A stretch of DNA of 15,301 bases from Oligoflexales bacterium (GTDB taxonomy: Bacteria > Bdellovibrionota_B > Oligoflexia > Oligoflexales > CAIYRB01). How positions within the stretch are numbered: position 1 is the first letter of the stretch; every line of letters starts with the position of its first letter. Position numbers and translations under genes: made by a program. The stretch is from assembly GCA_041736175.1 (NCBI GenBank), contig JBGSUI010000138.1:1-15301 (forward strand). The letters run 5' to 3'. A model generated the notes under the pieces. The model saw only the letters and a program-made list of their open reading frames with translations, was not told where the DNA came from and did not search any database. Shown here one piece after another: positions 1 to 8,005 of the stretch.

Positions 1-55
1 TGACCGTGACCCACTTTACCTCAGGTGAAAGCGGTTTACCTTTAGACGAATGCAT
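1..55 (-). CDS. Putative transposase N-terminus (partial): MHSSKGKPLSPEVKWVTV...
   Basis: ATG at 55-53, preceded by GAGGA (69-65) and TGGTATAAT (97-89). The frame is open to the window edge and lies just inside the terminal repeat. Confidence 0.65.
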   Translation of the reverse strand, partial: MHSSKGKPLSPEVKWVTV

Positions 56-86
56 GGTGGTCAATCCTCGTTTTTTGGCAAAACGA

Positions 87-138
87 TCATTATACCACGG
101 AAAAAATTAAAATCTATCTTTTCATGTGCGTAGATCTA
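87..138. repeat. Terminal inverted repeat, copy 1
   Basis: TCATTATACCACGGAAAAAATTAAAATCTATCTTTTCATGTGCGTAGATCTA equals the reverse complement of 15168-15219 except at positions 107 and 135. Confidence 0.95.
89..97 (-). promoter_or_regulatory. Extended -10 promoter (TGnTATAAT) for the putative transposase
   Basis: Minus strand reads TGGTATAAT, 33 nt upstream of the ATG at 55. Confidence 0.6.
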
Positions 139-147
139 TAAATAGGC

Positions 148-1404
148 CTAACCGACCACAGCACCTAGATCGAAGATTGGAAGGTACATTGCAATCACAA
201 TAAATCCGACGGCACCACCAATAACGACCATCATAATGGGTTCAATCATGCTGAGGAGGGATTTGACTGCCAAATCGACTTCTTCCTCGTAGAATTGGCT
301 CACTTTTACCAACATATCGTCTAAGGCACCGGTTTGTTCGCCCACAGCAACCATCGATGAAACCATTTTGGGGATAAGTTCGCTTCGGGCCAAGGGCACT
401 GAAAACTTGGATCCATGTTCGATTTCTGTCCGAATCCCCAGGATAAAACTTTCGATCACTGAATTGCCTGCTGCCGAAGCGCAAATGGTCAGGGCATCGA
501 GTAGATTGACGCCGGAGGTGAGCATCGTGGCCAGAGTGCTACAAAATCGCCCCACGGAGATTTTTTTTATCAGTGGGCCTATGACTGGACCAGTCAGTAG
601 CATTTTGTCTAAAACGACCGTTCCCTTTTTTGTTTTAAAAAAAGCCTTTAGCCCCATAAAAATTGCAACAAGAGCGGCGAGAATGTAATGCCAGTACTCC
701 ATCAAAATATTGGACATATCGATGACCACCTGGGTGAGGCCAGGAAGCTCCTTGCCAGAATCACTGTACTGTTTAGCAAATGTGGGTACTACAAACACTA
801 AAAGCGCAGTGATCACTGCGACTGCGACAACGACCACTATAATAGGATAGGACATAGAAGATTTAACTTGGCCTTTGATTTTTTCTGATTTTTCAATATA
901 TCCAACGAGTTTATTTAGAATAACATCTAAGTTTCCAGAAGCCTCTCCTGCTCGTACCATGGCCACATAGAGTGGATCAAAAATATTCTTATAAGGTTCC
1001 AAACTATCGCTCAAACGAGAGCCGTTTTCAATAGATCCCCTAATTTTGCGGAGGATTGTACCAAGGGCTGGATTCGTTTGTTGATCAGCCAAAATCCCAA
1101 GGGACTGCACTAAAGCAACTCCACTATTGATCATGGTGGAGAATTGCTTTGTAAATATAATGATATCTTTGCTAGTGGGGGCGGGATTACCAAGTTTTAT
1201 TTGGATTTTTCCTTTTTCATCTTTGTAGATAATCTTTGACCAAAAGGGCCCATCATCCCCATCGAGCTTTGCAGTCGTTAGAGTGATGGGCACCATTTTC
1301 ATGCGATAGAGCTGCGCCTTTGCCTGAGATTTGCTTGGTGACTTGAGGGATCCCGATCTTTTTTTACCGCGGGAATCTTTTGCAGTATAATGAAACGTCG
1401 GCAT
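148..1404 (-). CDS. pilC: Type IV pilus inner-membrane platform protein PilC (GspF family)
   Basis: Two T2SSF-type repeats (FTKQFSTMINSGV...AGEASGNLD and RFCSTLATMLTSGV...VGEQTGALD), a YP-TM segment, C-terminal IAMYLPIF, SD AAGGAG, and position downstream of pilB-pilT. Confidence 0.95.
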   Translation of the reverse strand: MPTFHYTAKDSRGKKRSGSLKSPSKSQAKAQLYRMKMVPITLTTAKLDGDDGPFWSKIIYKDEKGKIQIKLGNPAPTSKDIIIFTKQFSTMINSGVALVQSLGILADQQTNPALGTILRKIRGSIENGSRLSDSLEPYKNIFDPLYVAMVRAGEASGNLDVILNKLVGYIEKSEKIKGQVKSSMSYPIIVVVVAVAVITALLVFVVPTFAKQYSDSGKELPGLTQVVIDMSNILMEYWHYILAALVAIFMGLKAFFKTKKGTVVLDKMLLTGPVIGPLIKKISVGRFCSTLATMLTSGVNLLDALTICASAAGNSVIESFILGIRTEIEHGSKFSVPLARSELIPKMVSSMVAVGEQTGALDDMLVKVSQFYEEEVDLAVKSLLSMIEPIMMVVIGGAVGFIVIAMYLPIFDLGAVVG

Positions 1405-1432
1405 GATTTGATCTCCTTAATTCTCTGCGGCA

Positions 1433-2548
1433 CTAATTGCGCCTAATGGGTTGGCCTGGTTTACGATGCCCTTCAATCGCTTTTTTCTCCAGCATCCCCC
1501 TTAATTCCTCAGGCTCGTTTGATTTTTCCAGACCTGCTTCGGTTGAAACCAACCTCCGTTCGATGAGAGAGGCAAGTGATTGGTTTAATGTTTGCATTCC
1601 ACTGTCATCTTGTCCGGTTTGCATAAGTGAATAAATCTGATGCAATTTGTCTTCTCGAATAAGGTTTCGCACGGCTTTGTTGGGGATGAGTATCTCCATG
1701 GCAAGAACCCTGCCTTCACTGGTTGCGGGAATCAGGGTTTGGGAGATGACGGCCATGAGCGAAAGAGAGAGTTGAGAGCGGATTTGGAGCTGTTGATGGG
1801 AAGGAAAAACGTCAATGAGTCGATTTAAGGTACTAATGCTGGAGTTGGTATGGAGTGTGGCAAACACCAGATGTCCCGTTTCTGCAGCGGTCAAAGCAGC
1901 AGATATCGTCTCAAGGTCTCGTAATTCTCCTACTAAGATAACATCTGGATCTTCCCTTAGAACGCTTTTTAGCGCTTTAGCAAAAGAGCTTGTGTCTTGG
2001 CCAATCTCCCTCTGATTTATAAGGCAAGACTTGTGCAGGTGAATAAATTCGATAGGATCTTCGATAGTAATGATGTGGTCCTTACGAGTCTCATTGATGT
2101 GATTGATCATGGACGCCAGTGTCGTGGATTTTCCTGATCCGGTAGGCCCGGTGACGAGGATAAGACCTCTCGGGAGACTGCATAGATTTCTGATCACTGG
2201 GGGGAGTCCAAGTTCTTCCAAAGAATATACCTTAAATGGTATAACGCGAAAGACACCACCAACCTGCGCCTTTTGCATAAAGATGTTGGCCCGAAAACGA
2301 GCCATGTTTTTGACGGAAAAGGCCAAATCCAATTCTTTAGTGCGCTCAAATTCTTTCCTTTGGTCATCATTTAGGATGCTATAGCAGAGCGCTTTAGTCG
2401 CCTGTCCATCTAGGGGGGGGAGATCGAGTGGTAGGAGATGTCCATCGATTCGAAGTCTAGGAGGTGAATCCATGCTGATATGGAGGTCACTACCTCCCTG
2501 ATCGATGAGTGCTTTTAGTAGTTGTGGTAGGGAGTAGTTAAGAGCCAT
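1433..2548 (-). CDS. pilT: Type IV pilus retraction ATPase PilT
   Basis: SDLH, Walker A GPTGSGKS, TIEDPIE, LREDPDVILVGELRD, TGHLVFATLHT, and the PilT-diagnostic AVRNLIRE motif. Confidence 0.96.
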   Translation of the reverse strand: MALNYSLPQLLKALIDQGGSDLHISMDSPPRLRIDGHLLPLDLPPLDGQATKALCYSILNDDQRKEFERTKELDLAFSVKNMARFRANIFMQKAQVGGVFRVIPFKVYSLEELGLPPVIRNLCSLPRGLILVTGPTGSGKSTTLASMINHINETRKDHIITIEDPIEFIHLHKSCLINQREIGQDTSSFAKALKSVLREDPDVILVGELRDLETISAALTAAETGHLVFATLHTNSSISTLNRLIDVFPSHQQLQIRSQLSLSLMAVISQTLIPATSEGRVLAMEILIPNKAVRNLIREDKLHQIYSLMQTGQDDSGMQTLNQSLASLIERRLVSTEAGLEKSNEPEELRGMLEKKAIEGHRKPGQPIRRN

Positions 2549-2581
2549 AGTTGATCTCCTTGTGGCACTGCGTTTGCTGTC

Positions 2582-4306
2582 TTAGGCAGCTTCAACGGAA
2601 TCGTCAGAATCCGCAGCGGTCATTTTGATGACTTCGTTAATATCGCAGATTCCTCGTGACATTTTGGTCAATGCAGATTGACGTAAAGTCCTCATTCCAT
2701 GCTTCATCGCGATTTTTTTGATTGTGAGGCTGGATTCACTGGAAATAATCGCTTCGCGTACCGCATCATTCATTTTAAGAACCTCGTGTATGGCTATACG
2801 GCCTTTATTTCCTGAACCGTTACAGGCAGGACATCCTTTTCCTTTGTAGGAGATGATTTTATCGGCATATTGAGCCGGTATTCCCAGGGACACAAGGGCT
2901 TTTGCGGTGACAGAAGTGTCTTCGATACGACATTCGGCGCAGATTTTTCTTACAAGCCGTTGAGCCGTGACACAGGTCAACGAGCTGACTAAGTTAAAGG
3001 GTTGAACCCCCATCTGCAAAAGGCGGGTTATAGTGTCAGTTGCACTGTTGGTATGGAGTGTCGATAGGACCATATGGCCAGTTAATGCCGCTTTTATGGC
3101 GATTTCGGCAGTTTCTGGATCGCGAATCTCACCAACCATGATGATATCTGGATCTTGGCGTAGAAACGATCTTAGGGCACTCGCAAAGTTAAGGCCTATA
3201 TCTGACTTCATTCCTACCTGGTTTATACCGTCGATATTGAATTCGACAGGGTCTTCGGCAGTCATAATATTGTCGGATTCTTTATTAAGTTCGGCGAGCG
3301 CTGAGTAAAGAGTTGTTGTTTTTCCAGAACCTGTAGGTCCCGTCACTAAAACCATCCCAAAAGGAGCATGGATTGATTCTTGGAATTTTTCTAATTCATC
3401 CTGTTCAAACCCCAATTTGGTCATATCTGTTTGCAGTGAAGATTTATCCAAGATCCGCATCACGATTTTCTCCCCATGCAAACATGGAGTCGTGCTGACT
3501 CGGAAATCAACAGGCTTTCCTTCTATTGAGATATTGATAGCTCCATCCTGTGGCAACCTTGCTTCGTCGATCTTGAGTTTAGCCATGATTTTTATGCGCG
3601 AAGTCAATGCGGCCTTCATGCTGATCGGCGGCCGCGCGATCTCGTAGAGAACTCCGTCGATACGGAGTCTGACTCGCATCGAGTGTTCGTAGGGTTCGAT
3701 ATGGATGTCAGACGCCTTTCGGGTAAGGCACTGGACCAGGATTTGGTTGACGATTTTGATAATGGGACCATCGCCTTTTTCACCTGCACTGATATCCTGC
3801 CTTTCTGGTCCCCTCACCTGCGGGGCAGATCCACCCCCAGGGCGATTTATTTTAGAGTCTTCTAGACTGCGCATATCGAGTTTTTGGGTCAGATATTTGT
3901 CAAGGGCCTCGGAAATCTGCGCTTCGCTTGTGAGGACTGGTTTTGGAAAAAAGCCAATGCTAAAACGCAAGTCGTTTAGGATACTAATATTTCCTGGATC
4001 TGACATGGCAATGATGAGGTTGTTGCCCGCTCGATCGATTGCGACGACTCGATGTTTTATGGCCATGTCTTTTGGTATAAGGTCGATAATATCTCTCTGG
4101 ATTTCCATTTCTCTCAGATTACAGATCGGTACTCTAAACAGCTTTGAGAGTTGGTCCAGCAAGACACCTTCGTCGATAATCTTGAGTTTTTCGATTGCCT
4201 GCATAAAGTTGATTCTATCGGAGACCACGAATCCCTCTGCTTTTTTCAAGTCAGCAGGTGTTAGCAGCTTTTGACTGATAAGAAATTGAGAGATTCTACT
4301 GGACAT
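2582..4306 (-). CDS. pilB: Type IV pilus assembly ATPase PilB
   Basis: ASDIHIEP, RLPQDG, Walker A GPTGSGKT, LRQDPDIIMVGEIRD, tetracysteine CAEC...CPAC, and GRIAIHE. Confidence 0.96.
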   Translation of the reverse strand: MSSRISQFLISQKLLTPADLKKAEGFVVSDRINFMQAIEKLKIIDEGVLLDQLSKLFRVPICNLREMEIQRDIIDLIPKDMAIKHRVVAIDRAGNNLIIAMSDPGNISILNDLRFSIGFFPKPVLTSEAQISEALDKYLTQKLDMRSLEDSKINRPGGGSAPQVRGPERQDISAGEKGDGPIIKIVNQILVQCLTRKASDIHIEPYEHSMRVRLRIDGVLYEIARPPISMKAALTSRIKIMAKLKIDEARLPQDGAINISIEGKPVDFRVSTTPCLHGEKIVMRILDKSSLQTDMTKLGFEQDELEKFQESIHAPFGMVLVTGPTGSGKTTTLYSALAELNKESDNIMTAEDPVEFNIDGINQVGMKSDIGLNFASALRSFLRQDPDIIMVGEIRDPETAEIAIKAALTGHMVLSTLHTNSATDTITRLLQMGVQPFNLVSSLTCVTAQRLVRKICAECRIEDTSVTAKALVSLGIPAQYADKIISYKGKGCPACNGSGNKGRIAIHEVLKMNDAVREAIISSESSLTIKKIAMKHGMRTLRQSALTKMSRGICDINEVIKMTAADSDDSVEAA

Positions 4307-4390
4307 CTAATCTTAAGCTTTCTTTGAAAATAGGGACGAGTCTCAAAGCCTTAACTTCGACCGAAGAAAAAGGCTCACAGCGTAGGATCG

Positions 4391-4404
4391 GTTAGATATC
4401 TAAC
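4391..4404. promoter_or_regulatory. Perfect 14-bp palindrome upstream of pilB, possible operator
   Basis: GTTAGATATCTAAC is its own reverse complement and lies about 85 bp upstream of the pilB ATG. Confidence 0.35.
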
Positions 4405-4472
4405 AAGTTGAGAATTAGTTTGATTTTAGGCGCATGCGTTAATAATTATATATAGAATACAATTATTTAGCT

Positions 4473-5264
4473 TCAAGATGTGCCCAAGATCTGTTTTCGA
4501 TAAATGATTTTTGGGGAGACATGTTTCATTCTAAAATGTTTGATTTGGGCAAAAGCGAGTTTTTCTAAGAGTTCTGCCTTAGTACCCAGATTGGAACGAG
4601 TTTTTTGAATAGACTGGTTTATCATCTTGCTACATAGGCTAGGGTGAACGAAACAACCAGGACTGGTGACGGTTCCCTCAGAGCAAAGGTAGATAAAACC
4701 CTGTAGAAGTGACCCCTTGTTCAAACCAATAAAGATTTGATTGTCTCTACACTTGATGTGATAGAAATTTTTAGTAAAAAGATCTCTTATAAAAAGCCAT
4801 TTTGTATCGATTTTAAGGATCTTAAAGACTGAGTGGATCGGGCGCGTCATCGTGCTGTAGTCTCGGTAACAGATATTTTCGGGGCTCTTTGTAGGCTCAG
4901 ATTCTAGCTGGCTTATAAATTCAAATAGATTTGTGCAAGGGTGTATTTTTGAGACAATGGTGGGATTATATTGGTGAGTGGGACAAAACAAAAAGCAATC
5001 GAAAAAATAATTGAGGCGTATATCATAGAAGGCATCGTCAGCGAAAACTTTTCCGTTTTTTAAGAAAAACAATTCTTGGGCTGATACGATTGAGCTGATT
5101 CCCAGCTCTCTTAGTGCCCTGTCTACGAAGGACTCTAAGATAGATTCGATTTGGCTCTTAGAAACTTTAAGGGGGAAAGGATCTTGGGGTATTTCAGAGG
5201 AAGCGTTTTTAAGCCTTTTGAATTGGTCTAAGAGAGATTTTCCAAAGGAATCTTTAAACACCAC
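4473..5264 (-). CDS. Hypothetical protein, 263 aa, probably soluble
   Basis: Long ORF in AT-rich sequence, co-oriented with its neighbours. The GTG start overlaps the upstream ORF by 37 bp, so the start is uncertain. No family recognised with confidence. Confidence 0.7.
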   Translation of the reverse strand: MVFKDSFGKSLLDQFKRLKNASSEIPQDPFPLKVSKSQIESILESFVDRALRELGISSIVSAQELFFLKNGKVFADDAFYDIRLNYFFDCFLFCPTHQYNPTIVSKIHPCTNLFEFISQLESEPTKSPENICYRDYSTMTRPIHSVFKILKIDTKWLFIRDLFTKNFYHIKCRDNQIFIGLNKGSLLQGFIYLCSEGTVTSPGCFVHPSLCSKMINQSIQKTRSNLGTKAELLEKLAFAQIKHFRMKHVSPKIIYRKQILGTS

Positions 5265-5626
5265 TGAAGGACCCTTTCGCCGATAACTGGTACCTTGAAT
5301 CTAAAGGGCACCCAAATTAAATGCTTTGTAAAATCGCAGCTTATAGATTTTTCAGGAGTATTGCTAAGGCCTTTACTAAGGGCATGATCCTGATTTGGAT
5401 TTGAAAAAGAAATATCCTCTAGAGGAATATAGATTCTATATTTTAAAAAATGAAGCTGGAGTTTTCGGCTAAGCAAAAACTTTTCTTGGTCCGAGCTGGC
5501 AGGGTCCTCTCCAAATTGGTTAGCGATTTTTGGAAGGGTCAAATAAGCAATGGATGCAAGGATAGCCGGATGGGCGCTCCAAAGGACAGCTATTAAAGTA
5601 ACTATGATAAAGTGAACCCTTAACAT
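5228..5626 (-). CDS. Hypothetical membrane-anchored or exported protein, 132 aa
   Basis: N-terminal hydrophobic stretch (FIIVTLIAVLWSAHPAILASIAYL); two Cys in the C-terminal part; fills the gap between co-oriented genes. Confidence 0.65.
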   Translation of the reverse strand: MLRVHFIIVTLIAVLWSAHPAILASIAYLTLPKIANQFGEDPASSDQEKFLLSRKLQLHFLKYRIYIPLEDISFSNPNQDHALSKGLSNTPEKSISCDFTKHLIWVPFRFKVPVIGERVLQWCLKIPLENLS

Positions 5627-5647
5627 GTTGCCATTATACTCTGTAGC

Positions 5648-6232
5648 CTATGGTCGATGTTGGTTCCATAACACCTCGGGGATCCCGAGTCGTTTACTAA
5701 CGATCCGGCTAACGACAAAGAGCCAATCACTAAGTCTATTAAGGTAGGTTATGACCTCCGGTCGGACCTCGGCATTTTGGCTCAAAGTGAAAACCAATCG
5801 CTCGGCCCTCCGGCAAACCGTTCGACAGACATGGCCCCAGGAATTACCGAGATGCCCTCCAGGTAAGACGAAGTTAGCTAAAGGAGTAAGCTCCTGATTA
5901 TAAACATCTATCTCAGCTTCTAAACGCTCGATTTGTTCTTGTTTGACAATCGTCTGGCGGGGGTGGATTTGGGTGGGCGATAAGGTTGCCAGCTCGCCTC
6001 CAAGATCATGCATTTCATTTTGGACTGTCAGAATTTGACCCACAAGATCTTGCAAACTGCCAGTAGCATCATCCCGGCGGAGCTGATCTTTGAAAACACC
6101 TAAAAAAGAATTGAGCTCATCTACCGTCCCATAGGCCTCGATTCGTGGATGATTCTTAGGGATCGATTCTCCATGGGCAAGCTGGGTTGTACCCTTATCG
6201 CCTTTTTTGGTATAAATCTTGGTGAGTCGCAT
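5648..6232 (-). CDS. pduO: ATP:cob(I)alamin adenosyltransferase, PduO/MMAB type
   Basis: KIYTKKGDKGTT, RIEAYGTVDELNS, FVLPGG, HVCRTVCRRAER and YLNRLSDWLF signature motifs. Confidence 0.93.
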   Translation of the reverse strand: MRLTKIYTKKGDKGTTQLAHGESIPKNHPRIEAYGTVDELNSFLGVFKDQLRRDDATGSLQDLVGQILTVQNEMHDLGGELATLSPTQIHPRQTIVKQEQIERLEAEIDVYNQELTPLANFVLPGGHLGNSWGHVCRTVCRRAERLVFTLSQNAEVRPEVITYLNRLSDWLFVVSRIVSKRLGIPEVLWNQHRP

Positions 6233-6266
6233 CTATCGCCTTATTCAGAAAGCAGCAAGAAGCATC

Positions 6267-6293
6267 TTGAGGTTTCACCTGGAAGGTCCTCAA
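6267..6293 (-). terminator. Possible stem-loop downstream of ihfA
   Basis: TTGAGG...CCTCAA arms with an inner ACC/GGT pairing. The U-tract is weak, so terminator function is doubtful. Confidence 0.25.
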
Positions 6294-6317
6294 AATACTC
6301 TAAGCATCCCCTCTAGA

Positions 6318-6647
6318 TTAGTCATCTGAACCAGAGGAAGGTAGAGGTGCTCCTCCAAAGGCCTGATTCACAGAATCCCTTAATTTATCGGAAGGGTGAA
6401 AAGTCACAACCCTACGGGCGGAAATCTCTATACGATCTCCGGTATGGGGATTACGACCGGGACGAGATCTTTTTTCTTTGACGGTCCATTTCCCGAAACC
6501 AGAAATTTTGACCTCATGACCTTCCTCAAGCTTGAGTTTGACTTCCTCAAGGATGATTTCCAAGATCTCTTTAGCCTCTTTTACAGGATATCCCACTTTA
6601 TCTCTTATCATCTCAATAAGTGCATCTTTAGTGAGGGTGCCTTCCAC
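6318..6647 (-). CDS. ihfA: Integration host factor alpha-like subunit (HU/IHF family), about 109 aa
   Basis: TLTK...VKISGFG...RPGRNPHTG...ISARRVVTF. The real start is probably GTG at 6647 (GGAGA 7 nt upstream) rather than 6794 as in the ORF track. Confidence 0.85.
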   Translation of the reverse strand: MEGTLTKDALIEMIRDKVGYPVKEAKEILEIILEEVKLKLEEGHEVKISGFGKWTVKEKRSRPGRNPHTGDRIEISARRVVTFHPSDKLRDSVNQAFGGAPLPSSGSDD

Positions 6648-6975
6648 TGCTGAATCTCCTATCCCTATTAACATAAAGAAATTACTGTGTGATTCCTGTT
6701 CCCCTGAGCAAAACTCAATCTGCGAAATCGCTCCAATATCCTTGGATGTTGTGCTATCACGCCGGAAAGTCTCAGAGACCTTCATAACTTGCACTTTGAT
6801 ATTAGCAGGTTCGAAACTGTGAGAGAAGTTCTTTGATCATTTTTTTGCATCCGTGCTAAAAAAATCTTTGAATCAGGGAGGGGGAGGCCTCCAACTCTTG
6901 TGGGCGGAAGAGTGGAAGTGGTCAAGGAGCCAAAAGTCGGCCAGAATAGACAAAGAAATTAAAGGAGAGCGAGTG

Positions 6976-7977
6976 GTGGGTATACAAGGGGAAAAACCCC
7001 AAAAAAGGATTCTAACAGGCGCTAGGCCGTCAGGGCTGCCCCATTTAGGCAATTATTTTGGCGCCTTTAACCCGTTGATCGATCTCCAGTCGCGGTATGA
7101 GCGGTTTTTTTTTCTTGCCGACTTTCATGCTCTTAATGCCGTGGTGTCACCCAAGGAACTTAGAGAGCATAGTCATACCCTTTTGGCTAGTTTGCTCGCG
7201 GCCGGTCTAGACCCTCATAAAGGAATGGTCTACGCCCAGTCGGCAGTCCCCGAGGTGAATGAGCTGGCTTGGATTTTAGGTTGCCTTGCCCCCTATGGGA
7301 TGTTGGCCCGGGCCCATTCCTTTAAGGATGCCCAGGCTAAAGGCCTTGAGATCAATATGGGGGTCTTTAACTATCCGATTCTTATGGCTGCGGATATCTT
7401 ACTCTTTGATGCTGATATCGTACCTGTGGGTCAAGACCAAAAGCAGCATCTTGAGATGGCCCGAGATTTGGCCCAACGGTTTAATTTCAGGTACGGAGAG
7501 TTTTTTGTGGTGCCGGAACCTATGATTTCAGACTCGGTCGCCGTAGTCCCCGGTACAGACGGCGAAAAAATGTCGAAGTCTAAGGACAACCTTATCTCCA
7601 TGTTTGCTACGGACAAACAGTGGAAATCTCAAGTGATGAGTGTCGTGACCGGTTCTGCAACCTTGGAGGAACCCAAGGATCCCTTGACGTGCAATGTTTA
7701 TAAGCTCTACAGTCTGATGGCAACTCCAGAAGAAGCGAGCGCCATGGCCGACAACTATCGGCGAGGGCATTACGGTTATGGACATGCTAAGTTAGCGTTA
7801 TTAGCAAAAGTCGTTGAAAAATTTAGCCCTATGCGGGATCGATACTTTGAACTTATGAAAAGACCCCAAGACCTCGAAGATATCATACGCCAGGGGTCGA
7901 AAAAGGCGCGCCATCTTGCCGCTGAAAAGCTGGAGAAAATCCAAAGTGCCGTAGGGCTGCTAGGCCGGCCCTTTTAA
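6976..7977 (+). CDS. trpS: Tryptophanyl-tRNA synthetase
   Basis: HLGN (HIGH) and KMSKS motifs, ADFHA, YPILMAADIL and VPVGQDQKQHLE. Start is likely GTG 6976 (or 6973) after AAGGAG at 6962-6967. Confidence 0.96.
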   Translation: MGIQGEKPQKRILTGARPSGLPHLGNYFGAFNPLIDLQSRYERFFFLADFHALNAVVSPKELREHSHTLLASLLAAGLDPHKGMVYAQSAVPEVNELAWILGCLAPYGMLARAHSFKDAQAKGLEINMGVFNYPILMAADILLFDADIVPVGQDQKQHLEMARDLAQRFNFRYGEFFVVPEPMISDSVAVVPGTDGEKMSKSKDNLISMFATDKQWKSQVMSVVTGSATLEEPKDPLTCNVYKLYSLMATPEEASAMADNYRRGHYGYGHAKLALLAKVVEKFSPMRDRYFELMKRPQDLEDIIRQGSKKARHLAAEKLEKIQSAVGLLGRPF

Positions 7978-8005
7978 TTGGTTATTTCTATTTTCAGGTG
8001 AGTCG

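Larger units (their letters stand above)
1..138 (-). mobile_element. Left (5') end of an insertion sequence, probably IS630-like; partial, runs off the window
   Basis: 52-bp terminal repeat (87-138) matches 15168-15219 in inverted orientation. It is flanked by TA (139-140) and followed inward by a promoter, an RBS and an ORF start. The family call rests on the TA flank and my recollection of similar N-termini, not on a search. Confidence 0.75.

Noticed and set aside
1428..1440. CGGCAC-TAA-TTGC, a sigma54-like motif in the pilT-pilC spacer
   Set aside because: The spacing is 2 bp too short, and sigma54 requires strict GG-N10-GC.
242..4274. Short alternative-frame and antisense ORFs inside pilC, pilT and pilB (e.g. 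368..688, 3705..4274)
   Set aside because: Shadow ORFs fully overlapping well-supported genes, with no recognisable motifs.
6648..6975. N-terminal extensions of ihfA (to 6794) and trpS (from 6853) in the ORF track; possible T-box or attenuator before trpS
   Set aside because: Good SD-GTG starts lie at 6647 and 6973/6976, where family similarity begins. I could not identify a T-box motif or terminator/antiterminator structure.
7105..7113. T9 tract in trpS as a phase-variation site
   Set aside because: It encodes Phe-Phe-Phe in a normally essential gene, and A/T runs are common throughout this window.
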